The notes: generated by a model not told the origin, from the letters alone. 64,000 bases of DNA from Somniosus microcephalus (GCA_052327205.1 CM126230.1:42346001-42410000), one strand, 5' to 3'. Positions 13,115-26,470 are shown, counted from the stretch's first letter. Numbers and translations are program-made.

Positions 13115-14362
13115 ACACTGGTGTTCCCCAGGGTTCAGTGATAGGACCACTGCTGTTTTTGATATACGTTAATGACTTGGACTTTGGAGGTACAGGCAAC
13201 GTCCCCCATAAGCTGCACCGCCTCCTTCGCTGCTTGCATCCCCTAGTGCACGGCCCATTCAAGGTTTTGCGCATGCGTGGTATCTATACAATGGGAAAAG
13301 CTGTTGAGCAGCCTGCTCGGGAACTTGCAGATGACTGCGCAGCTTAGCGGAGACTTTGGGTGCAGGGCACAGTTTTGAAATTTGCAGATGACCAACTTGG
13401 AAGTGTAGTAAACTGTGAGGAAGATATTAATAGACTTCAGGAGGACACAGACAGGCTGGTGGAATGGGTGGACACACGGCAGATGAAATTCAGCGCAGAA
13501 AAGTGTGATGTGATGTATTTTGGTAGGATGAATAAGGAGAGACAATAAAAGCTAAATGGTACAATTTTAAAGGGGGTGCAAGAACAGAGAGACCTGGGGG
13601 TGTTTGTGCACAAATCTTTGAAGGTGGCAGGACCGGTTAGAAAGCTGGTACTAAAGCCTATGGGATCCTGGGCTTTATAGACAGAGGCAGAGAGTACACA
13701 AGCCAGGAAGTTATGCGAAACTGACATAAACACTGGTTTGGCTCCAGCTGGAGTATAGTGTCCAATTCTGGGCACCACACTTTAGGAAGGACGTGCTGGC
13801 TTTGGAGAGGCTACAGAAAAGATTGACTAAAATGGTTCCAGGGATGAGGGATTCCAGTTACATGGATAGACTGGAGAAGCTGGGGTTGTTCTCCTTTAGA
13901 GCAGAGAAGACAAAGAGGAGATTAGAGAGAGGTGTTTAAAATCATGAAAGGTTTAGATAGAGTAAATAAAGAGAAACTGTTTCCAATGGCTGATGGGTCG
14001 ATAACCAGAGGGCACAGATTTAAGGTGATTGGCAAAAGAACCAGAGGCGACAGGAGGAAAAACTTTTACGCAACCAAAATGTATCACCTCGCACTTTTCT
14101 GCTTTGAATTTTCATGTGTCCACCCACTCCACCGGCCAAATGTTAGGTTTTGGAATGCACGGCCTGATGGGATGGTGGAAACCAATTTAATAGTAGCCTT
14201 CCAAAGGGACTTGGATAAGTACTTGAACTAGAAAAAATTGCAAGGCTATGGGGAAAGAGTTGGGGGGGGGGGGGGTGGGACTAACTGGATTGCTCTTCGA
14301 AAGAGCCGGCGCAGACTCGATGGGCTGAATGGCCTCCTTCTGTCCTGTACTGTTCTATGATT
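13115..14362 (+). mobile_element. CR1 LINE RT/3' fragment, degenerate, with an internal inverted segment
   Basis: GVPQGSVIGPLLF, KFADD and EKLFPMADGSITRGH motifs; ttctatga tail; near-identical to 24066-25018 in reverse orientation. Confidence 0.9.
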
Positions 14363-14477
14363 CTTTACATAAAATGTATATAATATATACGTATGTAAGA
14401 CAAAAAGGATATTTATTTCAAAAACTGTTCCCTGATTCTCTCTTTGCTAATTTCTAATGTTTGCTAATTTTCTATAG

Positions 14478-14532
14478 GTTACCTCAGTTTAAAGAAGAAG
14501 CCAAGAGTTTTGTGGGAACCAGTATGAAGAAG
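14478..14532 (+). CDS. GBF1: GBF1 exon (LPQFKEEAKSFVGTSMKK)
   Basis: ctatag|G...AAGAAG|gtagta; 55 nt, phase 2 to 0. Confidence 0.93.
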
Positions 14533-15829
14533 GTAGTATGATATTACTTTTTTTGATTGAGTCCACAGTGGCTTTTTGCTTAAATACAGCAGTGTGTTTA
14601 ATTTACTCCATCCTGTTTTTGTGTGTTTTCTTTGCTTGTATGCATTAAGATCTTATTTTGACTGCGTTGTGCTTGGCATTGGTTCCTCGCTGTTTCTCAG
14701 AGTTCAGAATTTTGAATAAAAACATTTGAAAGGGTGCAATGACGGTAAATCATTATTTGACAGGAAATTGAGGATTGAGTGTTCTTTGGAATTTTCCCAA
14801 TGTAAAATCTGATGTGCCCTTTTTTATTGGTAAGAGGCAAGCAACGCAGCCTTAACAATTATCTTGGGCATCCAGTGATCTCACCTGCTCTCCCTGCTTT
14901 CGAGAAAGTAATTCTAAGTACTGGTGCAAGTGCTATACTGATAACAAATCTCCATAATTTTTCTACAAGGTTCAGATGTATGCAGTTTTATATAGGGAGA
15001 ACAAATGTTGCCTACCAGTTCATATCTGATGCCAATGTTGTACTTGTAATATAAAGTTTGTGTTGTTTTGAAATCAGGGAAAGTAGCAAGTGATTTTGAA
15101 CCAAGTATGAAAAACATATGGAGAGTGCAAAATTGCTCGACTTCTTTCGCCAAGCATGTTTTTGTAGTTCTGACTGATCTGAGGTGTTGCTAGTGCAGAT
15201 CAGTAGGCACGGTGGAAGATGGTCCGAAGCAAAGCCAACCTTCGTGTTTGAAATTACAATCCTGCTGGTCCGAGAGCTGTTTCAGTTCTCGCATTTCCAT
15301 TTAAATTATAAGCATTTTCACTGCGGTGTAGGCATCTTGGAAATTGTGGAAACTTCTGGAATTCTTCCCAGATTTTAAACGTTCCAAAGACTTCAAGAAC
15401 TAGGAAAGAGCGGAGTAAGTGCAGAACAAGGAAACCCTCACTCTCCTCTTCTCCTGCACACTCACTTTCTCTTAACTATCACTCTTTTTCTCTCACTCAC
15501 CCATTTCCCCCCCACCCCCTTCAGCCTCTCCAGTGCACACACATGCCTTTTGTTGTTTTTCTGAGGGATCCAGGATTAGGACCTCAATTTTACCCCTCCA
15601 CTTCCAGCATTGTTCACTCCCCAGAACCGGAGTCAAGAACTACAGACCTAACTGTTTGGAGCTGGCCAACATCAGCTGTTGGACGAGTTGAAATTTCTTT
15701 CAACTCAATATTGATAAACAGAAGTCACCCTTTTACGCTTCTGCTAGCATTTACTTACCTGTGGCACAATCAACTCCCTGGTTGCCACCTCCAGATAAAC
15801 CCTAAGCTGCAGAACTTTGCCATCCTTTT

Positions 15830-16370
15830 CAATCCTGAACTGAGATTTCTACTCCATATCTTTTCTTTTGTCTCATCTCCCTCACCGCTGCTGAAACCCT
15901 AATCCAGGCCATCATCACCTTGACACTCAGTTTATCAGGTGCTTGCCTTGCTGGCCTTCCCACCTCCACTAAATCCACCTTTGAACATTGTACTGTCATC
16001 ACCCCCATCCTTACCAAACTCCACTGGTTTCCTTTCCACCATCAAATTGATTTTCAGATTCTCATCTTTGCTTTCAAATCCCCTCCACGGCTTCGCAACA
16101 TCCTACCTGAAGGAGGTTCTCCACCTGGACATCCCTGCATGCATCGTAATTCCTCTGACACTGGATTACTACTTGTTCCCAACTCCATCATTAGTGACTA
16201 TTCTTTCAACTGCTGTGCTTGTGTCCTCTACAAAAAAAACTCCTAAAACCCCTCTCTTCAGCTACCCCAATTTTTTTCTTCTTCTGTCTTCCTACATAGT
16301 GTCCATCTTTTCTCATCCCTATAAAGCACTCGGACCTTTTTTTGTGAAGAACACCGCAGAAATATAAATT
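15830..16370 (+). mobile_element. L2-like LINE 3' fragment, old
   Basis: ITPILTKLHWFP...IDFQIL..FKS motif; related to 42195-42556 and 63505-63946. Confidence 0.65.
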
Positions 16371-18739
16371 GTACTTTCACCAGTACTAGTAGAGAATTTG
16401 TGTCACTAATAAATTACTGCATTCATTCCAAAATTGTGGCACAAAATACTTAGTCCTGAGTTCATTATAATACCTTTCCGCTGTATATAAATTAAAAAAA
16501 TAAAGCTGCACTTTTTAAATGCATGGGTGAGCATGCTGAGAACTTGTAAATGGTTTCGGAGTATGTGTAAGATGGCATGTAACGTGGTAATATTTGAGCT
16601 TCTCGCTCTGAAGATCAGAATACATAGCTTCTGTACCCGAGGTAGTAGATAGTAGAATAAGAAATGGATAAGCACAAAATGACCTGCTGGTATTTGCAAA
16701 GAAGCACTACCGTAATGTATATAAACAATAGTTGAGCTTCCAGTTAAGACTTTGGTAATTGGCTTGTCTTGTTGAAGTGCAGGTAAATGGTAATTCCAAG
16801 TAAGGCAAAGAGGTAGCACTTTGAAATGGTCTATTGTGTCCTCATTATAAAGCCTTTAAATATGGTGCATGGTTTTCGTCAACTACTGCATGATGTGGTG
16901 CTCGTGTTTTTGGGGCTTCTCGTTCAAGTGAAGTTTGGCTAAAATGGATAACCCAAGGCATGAATATCTGTCTTAAATTCATACAAGGGTGCATTATAAT
17001 GAGGATCTTTAGTTTCATGAGCTTTCAAATTTTAATTAACTAAATAACTGAACATTATATTTAGTTTAGAGTTTAAGTTTAGTTTTTTTTTAACCCCTTT
17101 ATCACAAGTCATTTTGCAACTTATATTTTTTTATTTACTGGCAACTGCAATTTTTTCCTCCGAGGCTTACACTATCTTGTGGAAAAACAAACGAGTGCAG
17201 GTAAGGATGTTACACTGATGCAAGCTGTGTCAGTCCATGGAAGGTCACCAGATCTTTCCCGATGGTTCAAGGCTTTAACTGCGTTTACACTGGCGGGGGT
17301 GGCGGGGGGGGGTGGTGGAAAAGAGGGGTGTTGAATAGCAGTAACTTTATCAACAATGCTCAATATTCTTAAAGGTTGGAGGTCCTATGATGAAAGAACT
17401 GTTTATTGAAAGTTAATTTAAAATACGTTTTTATTCTGCATTTGATTTGTACCATCCTCCCCCAGAAATACCACATCCGCATGTATTGGGCGTATACCAA
17501 ATAAGCGTACTTCTGCAAGAACAGACGCTGTGCTCTCGTGCCATTTCCGTGTTGTGCTTTGTCAGGGTGTGAATTCCAATTACTGATACACACCGCACTG
17601 TTGTACCCAATCCATCAGATGCCAGTCACTTGAAACTGCCATTAGCTGAGCACTGGGTTGATCTGTGTGCCGCCACCTTGGATATACTGGCAGATGTACT
17701 GGACTGCTCGAGATCTGTTGCCCAGAGATTTTTTGCTCTAACCTTTACACTGATAGCCACCTGTAGATAGGGTGTGTGCTTAAACACTGTTTCTCTGCAT
17801 GTCACAGAATAAATGACAACCTCCATACATAACTGCATACTGTACTAAAATGTAAGAATCTGTTTGCAGATTTGCTAGGACATGCTGCTACTCAAGCACT
17901 CGGTTTTCTGTACTAATCATAAATTTTCTTTTACACTCGATAGTTGGAGGTTACTTTTCACCAGACGTTGATAAATGTTCTGAGATTTCTTGCGAATTGG
18001 ACTTGAGAAAATTTATTTAATTTTTGGGGAAAAAGTTAGTTCACTTGTGAAGACTTCTGTAATTCTCTTGAAGAACAGTGAAGAGTTTAATGATGCTGCA
18101 CTAATTTATTGCAAAAGAAGGTCTGTGTTGACTTGGTTTAGAGACTTTACGTAGAATAGCTGTATTTAACCAAAAAGTGGGCTTGTCAGCAATAACGGTG
18201 GGTATGATTAATAATGTAAGGATAATAGCAGTTATATTACTGTACAAACAAGGCAGAAGAGTACAAAATACAACAGCGCAAATAGTATAAACATTATAGC
18301 AAGTTCATCATACACTAGTCATGATTACAAGCATGTTTCAACATTAAAAAAGCACATGAACTGTTTAAATATTGGTAAAGATTAGGACTGTTTGTTACCC
18401 ATGAGTTATGTGGGTCGGCAGCAGAAAACGCAAAAGGCGATTTACAGTTGTTTCACAGTTTAACAAGAAGGCAGTTAAAGTTGCAGCTAATGTAAGGGCA
18501 CTGTGATTGCTGCATCCTGTTGGGAATGCTGAAAGCAAGACGGATAGAAATTCACCGCAATAGGGAAAGATTGTGTGCAGAGAGCGACATATACTGAAAC
18601 TGAACGTGTTCTCTTAGTCCGTGCATTCTTGCAGCTTGCACTGGTGCCGCATTCTAAAAACAAGTGAACTGATTATATCCTTCGGGTGACTGTCACATTT
18701 ATAGTTTTGTTTAATTTATTTACCTGCACAATCCATTTA

Positions 18740-19990
18740 GAAATATAGAAACATAGAAGATAGGAGCAGGAGTAGGCCATTCGGCCCCTTGAGCCTGCTC
18801 CGCCACTCAATGAGATCATGGCTGATCATCCAAATTCAGTACCTTGTCCCTGCCTTCTCCCCATACCCCTTGATCCCTTTAGCCTTAAGAAATATATCTA
18901 ACTCCTTCTTGAATATATTTAATGAATTGGCCACAACTGCTTTCTGTGGTAGAGAATTCCACAGGTTCACCACTCTCTGGGTGAAGAAATTCCTCCTCAT
19001 CTCTGTCTGGAATGGCTTACCCCTTATCCTTAGACTGTGACCCCTGGTTCTGGACTCCCCCGCCATTGGGAACATCCTTCCTGCATCTAGTCTGTCTCGT
19101 CCTGTTAGAATTTTATAAGTTTCAATGAGATCCCCTCTCATTCTTCTAAACTCTAGCGAATATAAGCCTAATTGACCCAATCTCTCCTCATAAGTCATTC
19201 CTGCCATCCCAGGTATCAGTCTGGTGAATCTTCGCTGCACTCTCTCCATGGCAAAAACATCCTTCCTCAGATAAGGCGACCAAAACTGCACACAATACTC
19301 AAGGTGTGGTCTCACCAAGGCCCTGTACAACTGCAGCAAGACATCCTTGCTCCTGTACTCTAATCCTCTCGCTATGAAGGTCAACATACCATTTGCCTTC
19401 TTAACCGCCTGCTGCAGCTGCATGCTTACCTTCAGCGACTGGTGCACAAGAACACCCAGGTCTTGTTGCACTTCCCTTTTTCCCAATCTATTGCTGTTCA
19501 GATAATTTGTCTTCCTGTTTTTGCTACCAAAGTGGATAACCTCGCATTTATCCACATTGGGCAGATGCATGGCAAATGCAGTATAATCACCCAACCTGTC
19601 CAAATCGTACTGGAGTTTCTCTGCATCCTCCTCACAGCGCACACGCCCACCCAGCTTTGTGTCATCTGCAAACTTGGAGATATTACATCTAGTTCCCTCG
19701 TCTAGATCATCATTTATATATATTGTGAATAGCTGGGGTCCTAGCACCGATCCCTGCGGTACCCCACTAGTCACTGCCTGCCACTTGGAAAAAGACCCAT
19801 TTATTCCAACTCTTTGCTTCCTGTCTGCCAACCAGTTCTCTATCCAAGACAGTACCTTACCCCCAATCCCATGTGCTTTAACTTTGCACGCTAATCTCTT
19901 ATGTGGGACCTTATCGAAAGCCTTCTGAAAGTCCAAATACACCACATCCACTGGTTATCCCTTATCTATTCTACCAGTTACATCCTCAAA
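18740..19990 (-). mobile_element. CR1 LINE, 5'-truncated, open RT C-terminal ORF (18836-19951, 371 aa)
   Basis: [43 protein letters not shown]; (tttctatg)n tail. Confidence 0.95.
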
Positions 19991-20109
19991 AAAAATTTAA
20001 ACTGCAAATGAGGTATTTTCAAAAATATATTATTGACTGTATGCAGTTTGTCAACTTTTCTTCTTTCTTGGCAATGCACATAGAAATTAATTTTAATACT
20101 CTCAAATTG

Positions 20110-20295
20110 AAACAAAAATACTGAATATGCAGAGAAGGTCTGCCAGCACCCGAGTAGAGGAAAGATGGTTTAATGTTTCAGGTATTAATCCTTCATCAGA
20201 ACTAAAGGCTCTGAACCTTAAATGTTGTTTGTCTCTTTTCAGAAGTTGACAGACCAGCATTTTCAAATATGTTTGTTTTCCAGCATTTACAGTTT
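20110..20295 (-). mobile_element. Degenerate Penelope pLTR-derived repeat with a decayed hammerhead-like motif
   Basis: The minus strand reads agttctgatgaaggattaatacctgaaacattaaacc (about 20169-20204). Confidence 0.55.
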
Positions 20296-20324
20296 TCACT
20301 TACATTTACATAAAATGACCTAGA

Positions 20325-20960
20325 CCATACGGCACAGAAACCGGCCATTCGGCTCAACCAGTCGATGCTGCTGTTTATGCTCTGCTCGCAGCTCCTCCCA
20401 TTCTTCCTCATCTAACTCGAGCAGCATAACCCTCTATTCCTTTCTCCCTCATATGCTTGTCTTGTTCCCCTTAAATGCATCTATACTATTCGCCTCAACC
20501 ACTCCCTGTGGTAGCGAGTTCCACATTCTCACTACTCTCTGAAGAAGTTTCTTCTGAATTCTCTAATGGATTTCTTGGCGACTATCTTATATTGATGGCC
20601 TCTAGTTTTGCTCTTCCCCACAAGTGGAAACACTCTCTCTGTATCCACTCTATCAAAACCTTTCATGATTTTAAAGACCTGTTAGGTCACCCCTCAGCCA
20701 TCTCTTTTCAAGAGAAAAGAGGCCCAGCCTGTTTATCCTCTCCTGATAGGTATAACCTTGCAGTTCTGGTATCATCCTTGTAAATCTCTTTTTTTGCACC
20801 CCCTCCAGTGCCTCTATTTCCTTTTTATAATATGGCGACCAGAACTGTACTCAGCACTCCAAGTGTGGTCCAACCAAGGTTTGATACAAGTTTAGCATAA
20901 GTTCTCTACTTTTCAGTTCTGTCCCTCTAGAAATAAACCCTAGTATTTGGTTTGCTTTTT
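20325..20960 (-). mobile_element. CR1 LINE 3' fragment
   Basis: ANQILGFISRG...LYQTLVGPHLEC on the minus strand. Confidence 0.8.
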
Positions 20961-22425
20961 TTAATACTCTCAAAGCTGTTACCACAGACGACTTTACGTA
21001 CACAATTTGTGGTTTTAAATGGCTATTGTAGTCCATTTTGGCACAATTGTGATTTATTTTTAAAGCTGCATATATGCATATATTTAAATCTGTGTTTTTG
21101 CCCCATGGAACAAGCTAAGCTTACCTGGAACCACTTAAGATGAACAGATACTCCTCCCCCCCCCCCCCCCCCCCCCCACTTCCCCAAAATCTCTTCAAAT
21201 GTGTAATTTATAGAAGGGTTTTCATCAAATGATTCTGCTCTGGCCAACAGCATCTTTGAGCATTCTGTCTCCTACAGTATCTTGAGCTGTCACATTGATT
21301 CGCCTTGCGGTAAATTTAGATTTAGATGGTGCAGTGGAACTTAATTACCTTTGGCGGAATAAATTATTGGGCGAGTGCTCGTGTTAAAATATTAAATTTA
21401 TGGCAATCTCCAGCTTTACTTGGAAGTCTTTAATTTCTATAGTATCGCTGCATTCTACAGAATACGGACTACTCCTGATAATTCCAAGGTTTTTTTAAGT
21501 TAGATTTAGTTGCAGCACACAAGACCAACTTTGGCGGTTCTTGTTGCAGCTGCTTCTGCCATTCTTACATTTACACTTGGGTATGCTGCCGCAGTGACTG
21601 GTGGTTGTGCAGTGAAGGAGAAAGATTTTTTTTTTTACCTGGGTCGTCTTTGTTCTTTAATAATATGCGTCCTCCAGACTATGATCCCACCCATTTTGGC
21701 TCTGCAAGGCTTTTGGATGAGGATTAGATAAATGGCTATTTAATTTCAGTTTAGCTTCAGATCAAAGTGAACTGGTGCGGTGGCTTAAGTGATAAGATTT
21801 TGTACGACATGATAGTCTCGACAGAGTCATTCTATTTTTTCCATGTATGCTCAGCATGTGATTTATCCAGAACCAATCAACCTAGGCTAGACTCCTTTGC
21901 TGTGTCTGGAATGCACTTAATTCAAGGATTGAATAAGACCCTACCAGTTATGTAATATCTTTTCTCGAATGTGCATACAAAGTTGAAAAAGTATAAACTA
22001 TATATTTAAAAACAATATTATTTCAAGGATAAAATCTGATGCTAGAGTTCAGTTCACAATTGTGAGCCAGTGGAGAACTACACTCCTTAGTTTATAGTCA
22101 CTTCTGAGCATCTTAATCTGATTATAACCTTCTGGTCACTCTCAGATCAGTGCTATACTTTATCTTTTTTATCTTTAATTGTGGTGTAGGCATGGTAACA
22201 TTGAAGGGAGAATTTCATTCTGTAGAATTGTTTTTAGAATTTCTAAAATGAATGTAACAGAAAAACACTATCTTCAATTTGATTTTGAATTTCATACACT
22301 GAGCATCACCCACTGCAAAAAAAAAAAAAGCTAAAGGAAATATGCAAACCGGGAAAAATCTTTGTCTGGATCTCAGTATTTTAAAGCAGTGCTCATATCA
22401 CCGTGTGTTTTAATCCAACTTGCAG

Positions 22426-22603
22426 CTTAAAATGAGAGCAGGAGGAATGAGTGACTCGTCAAAGTGGAAAAAGCAGAAGAAATCCCCACGGCCATCTCGT
22501 CACGCCAACAAACTTCCCCTCACACCGGAGCAGCAGTCAGTGCCAGGCCAGGTTTTGCACAGTTCAATAGGTGCTGTACCTCCGCTCTTGAACAATCATC
22601 CAG
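22426..22603 (+). CDS. GBF1: GBF1 exon (LKMRAGGMSDSSKWKKQKKSPRP...NNHP)
   Basis: ttgcag|CTT...CCAG|gtatgg; 178 nt, phase 0 to 1. Confidence 0.93.
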
Positions 22604-22769
22604 GTATGGTTTAGCTTTTTGCCCTTTGTTCCTGAAAAGGAAATCTTGCAATCAGTCCTCCTTTTTGTTTCAAATTTTGCTTTTGGAATATTCATCGTTT
22701 CTCTTGAACAGCAGCAGTGCTACCCGTGCAACAGTCTTAAAGGTATTACCGAGAATGAATTTGAAAGAG

Positions 22770-23048
22770 CACAAATTTAAGGTCATTGGCAAAAGAACTA
22801 GAGGTGACGAGAGGAAAAACTTTTTTACGCAACAAGTGGTTAGAATTTGGAATGCGCTGCTTGATAGAGTGGTGGAGGCAGATTCAATAGTAGCCTTCAA
22901 AAGGGAAATGGATAAATACTTCAAAGAGAAAAATTTGAGGGATATGAGGAAAGAGTGGGGGAGTGGGACGAACTGGATTACTCTTCGAAAGAGCTGGCGC
23001 AGCTTTGATGCGCCAAATGGCCGCCTCCTGTGCTGTACTATTCTATGT
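22770..23048 (+). mobile_element. CR1 LINE 3' fragment
   Basis: HKFKVIGKRTRGDERKNFFTQQVVRIWNAL; ttctatg tail. Confidence 0.82.
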
Positions 23049-23186
23049 AGAGGTGAAATTAGTCCGAGTTAATGGCAACTCATTGATGATTGAGTCATCT
23101 CACATACTATCCGAATCTGTAATCATTTCCAACCAGCTCCCTCAATGTAATCAGTGGTTCCTAATTTTTAAAAAAACAATGGAAAG

Positions 23187-25430
23187 ACTAAGAACATAAG
23201 AAATAGGAGTAGGCCATTTGGCCCTTCAATAAGATCATGGCTGATCTTCTACCTCATCTCCACTTTCCTGCACTATCCCCATATCCCTTGATTCCCATAA
23301 TATTCAAAAATCTTACCGATCTCTGTCTTGAATATACTCAATGACTGAGCCTCCACAGCCCTCTGGGGTAGAGAATTCCAAAGATTCACCACCCTCTGAG
23401 TGAAGAAATTTCTCCTCATCTCAGTCCTAAATGGACGACCCTTTATTCTGAGACTGTGACCCCTGGTCCTAGACACTCCAGCCAGGGGAAACATCCTCCC
23501 TGCCAAGCCCTGTAAGAATTTTGTATGTTTCAATGAGATCACCTCTCATTCTTCTAAACTCTAGAGAATATAGGCCTAGTCTGCTCAATCTCTCCTCATA
23601 GGACAATCCCCCCATCCCAGGAACCAGTCTGGTGAACCTTCATTGCACTCCCTCTATGGCAAGTATATCCTTCCTTAGGTAAGGAGACCAAAACTGTACA
23701 CAGTACTCCAGGTGTGGTCTCACCAGGGCCCTATATAATTGCAGCAAGACATCTTGACTCTTATACTCAAACCCTCTTCTAACAAAGGCCAACATACCAT
23801 TTGCTTTCCTAATTGCTTGCTGTACCTGCATGTCAACTTTCAGTGGTTCGTGTACAAGGACACCCAGGTCTGAACACCAACATTTCCCAATCTCACCATT
23901 TTAAAAAAAAAAAAAAAAAAAATACTCAGCTTTTCTGTTTTTCCTACCAAAGTGGATAACTTCACATTTCTCCACATTATATTCCATTTGCCATGTTCTT
24001 GCCCACTCACGTAGCCTGTCTAAATCCCCTTGAAGCCTCCTTGCATCCCCCTCACAACTTAAATTCATAGAATAGTACAGGACAGAAGGAGGCCATTCAG
24101 CCCATCAAGTCTGCGCCGGCTATTTCGAAGAGAAATCCAGTTAGTCCACTCCCCCGCTCTTTCCCCGTATCCTTGCAATTTTTTCTAGTTCAAGTATTTA
24201 TCGAAGTCCCTTTTGAAGGCTACTATTAAATTGGTTTCCACCATCCCATCAGGCCGTGCATTCCAAAACCTAACATTTGGCCGGTGGAGTGGGTGGACAC
24301 ATGAAAATTCAAAGCAGAAAAGTGCGAGGTGATGCATTTTGGTTGCGTAAAAGTTTTTCCTCCTGTCGCCTCTGGTTCTTTTGCCAATCACCTTAAATCT
24401 GTGCCCTCTGGTTATCGACCCATCAGCCATTGGAAACAGTTTCTCTTTATTTACTCTATCTAAACCTTTCATGATTTTAAACACCTCTCTCTAATCTCCT
24501 CTTTGTCTTCTCTGCTCTAAAGGAGAACAACCCCAGCTTCTCCAGTCTATCAATGTAACTGGAATCCCTCATCCCTGGAACCATTTTAGTCAATCTTTTC
24601 TGTAGCCTCTCCAAAGCCAGCACGTCCTTCCTAAAGTGTGGTGCCCAGAATTGGACACTATACTCCAGCTGGAGCCAAACCAGTGTTTATGTCAGTTTCG
24701 CAAAACTTCCTGGCTTGTGTACTCTCTGCCTCTGTCTATAAAGCCCAGGATCCCATAGGCTTTAGTACCAGCTTTCTAACTGGTCCTGCCACCTTCAAAG
24801 ATTTGTGCACGAACACCCCCGAGTGTGTCTGTTCTTGCACCCCCTTAAAATTGTACCATTTAGCTTTTATTGTCTCTCCTCATTCTTCCGACCAAAATAC
24901 ATCACATCGCACTTTTCTGCGTTGAATTTCATCTGCCATGTGTCCACCCATTCCACCAGCCTGTCTGTGTCCTCCTGAAGTCTATTACTATCTTCCTCAC
25001 AGTTTACTACACTTCCAATTTCCCACCCAGCTTTGTATCATCAGCAAACTTGGATATATTACATTTGGCCCCCTCATCCAAATCATTGATGTAGACTGTG
25101 AATAGCTGAGGCCCAAGCACTGATCCTTGCGGTACCCCACTCGTTACAGCCTGCCAACCCGAAATGACCCATTTATTCCTACTCTGTTTTCTCTCCGTTA
25201 ACCAATCCTCAATCCATGCTAGTATTTACCCCCAATCCCATGAGTCCTAATTTTGTTTAATAACCTCGTGTGGCACCTTATCGAAAGCCTTCTGAAAATC
25301 CAAATACACCACATCCACTGGTTCCCTCTTCTCTATTATGCTAGTTACAACCTCAAAAAACTCTTCAAACACGATTTCCCTTGCATAAACCCATGTTGAC
25401 TCTGCCCAATCCTATTATTATTTTCTAAAT
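23187..25430 (-). mobile_element. CR1 LINE host element split by a nested CR1 at 24066-25018
   Basis: RT motifs continue across the insert: ctcacaactt...|...tcccacccagctttgtatcatcagcaaac; (aagaacat)n tail at 23190. Confidence 0.85.
24066..25018 (-). mobile_element. Nested CR1 fragment, inverted near-duplicate of about 13399-14360
   Basis: ORF 24185-24484(-) is nearly identical to ORF 13932-14231(+), including the aberrant ATKM(Y/H)HLALFCFEFSCVHPLHRPN segment. Confidence 0.92.
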
Positions 25431-25891
25431 AACTAGAACCGTTCCAGAGGAGGTATGGGTGAATTCTTCTCACAGTTGTTGGATAATGACACCTGAGACC
25501 CTTTAAGCAAGGAGTTTCCAGACTTTTTTGTCTTTGTTGACTGCCTTGGAAACTTGGGGGGGGGAGGGGGACACTTGTAAATTTTAAATCGTGTTCCCAT
25601 GAATTTGCATGAGCTGTGGATCTAGATCTTCTGGTCCAGCAATGAAGCAGTAGCTCTGAGAACAACATTTTTCCAAATGCAATACAAACCAGGGAATAAG
25701 AAATTAAAAACACAAATAGAACTGTGTTGCCGTGGGGTAAGTGAACCGGAAATGGCCCATAGCCCAGAATTTGGACACTCTTGCAAATATAACATCAAGT
25801 ATCATGAGTTGAAGGCAAGAATTGAATAATTATGAATTTTAAACTTGTGATTTATAGATCTATAATTCTGATATCTTGGTTGCTTTTAAAG

Positions 25892-26151
25892 ATGAAGCAC
25901 CTTTCCTGGAACATTCAGTTGTATCTGCAAGCAGTGCAACTTCCACTTCAACCACTGTTTCTGAAAATCTGTCCACTGTCTCGAGCCCCACCACAGACAG
26001 TGGTATGGAACTTTCTTCAAAGACAACGTCAAAAGAAGACCTTACTGACCTTGACCAGGTCAATTCTGCAGGCATCACTCCAGCAAACACCCCTTCCACT
26101 GAGCCTGGTGAAGAGAAAATGATCGAACCACATGCACAGCAAGAGTCTCAG
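25892..26151 (+). CDS. GBF1: GBF1 exon, Ser/Thr-rich linker (...SPTTDSGMELSSKTTSKEDLTDLDQ...QQESQ)
   Basis: ttaaag|AT...TCTCAG|gtaaat; 260 nt, phase 1 to 0. Confidence 0.9.
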
Positions 26152-26189
26152 GTAAATGCTGCTGCAGATAGAGGTTTTTTAGCAATTAT

Positions 26190-26470
26190 TTTTGGGTGGT
26201 ATTGGTTGAGAGATAAATGTTGGCCAGGACATGGGAGAACGCCCCGGCTGTTTTTTAAGTTACTGCAATGGGATCTTTTACATCAACCTAAATAAGCAAA
26301 ATGGGCCTTCGTTTAAAGCCTCATCCTGAAGATGGCACCTCCGATAGTGCAGCAGTTCCTGTCTACTGTATTGGAGCGCCAGCCTAGATTATGTGTTCGA
26401 GTCTCTGGAGTGGGACTTGGACTCAAAGCCTTCTGCCTCAGAGCTTAGAGTGTTACCAGTCAAGGCTGAC
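26190..26470 (-). mobile_element. DeuSINE-like SINE, degenerate
   Basis: Reverse-complement similarity to 8760-9202 (ctggagtgggacttggactc...ccttctg). Confidence 0.65.

Noticed and set aside
14533-22425. Extra cassette exons in this intron (e.g. AG/GT pairs at about 15372-15414 and 21550-21580; ORF end EQAKLTWNHLR near 21066-21143; TGCATG motifs near 16866-16891)
   Set aside because: The candidates are not multiples of 3 or lack a donor, and the flanking exons already join in frame. They cannot be supported without RNA-seq.
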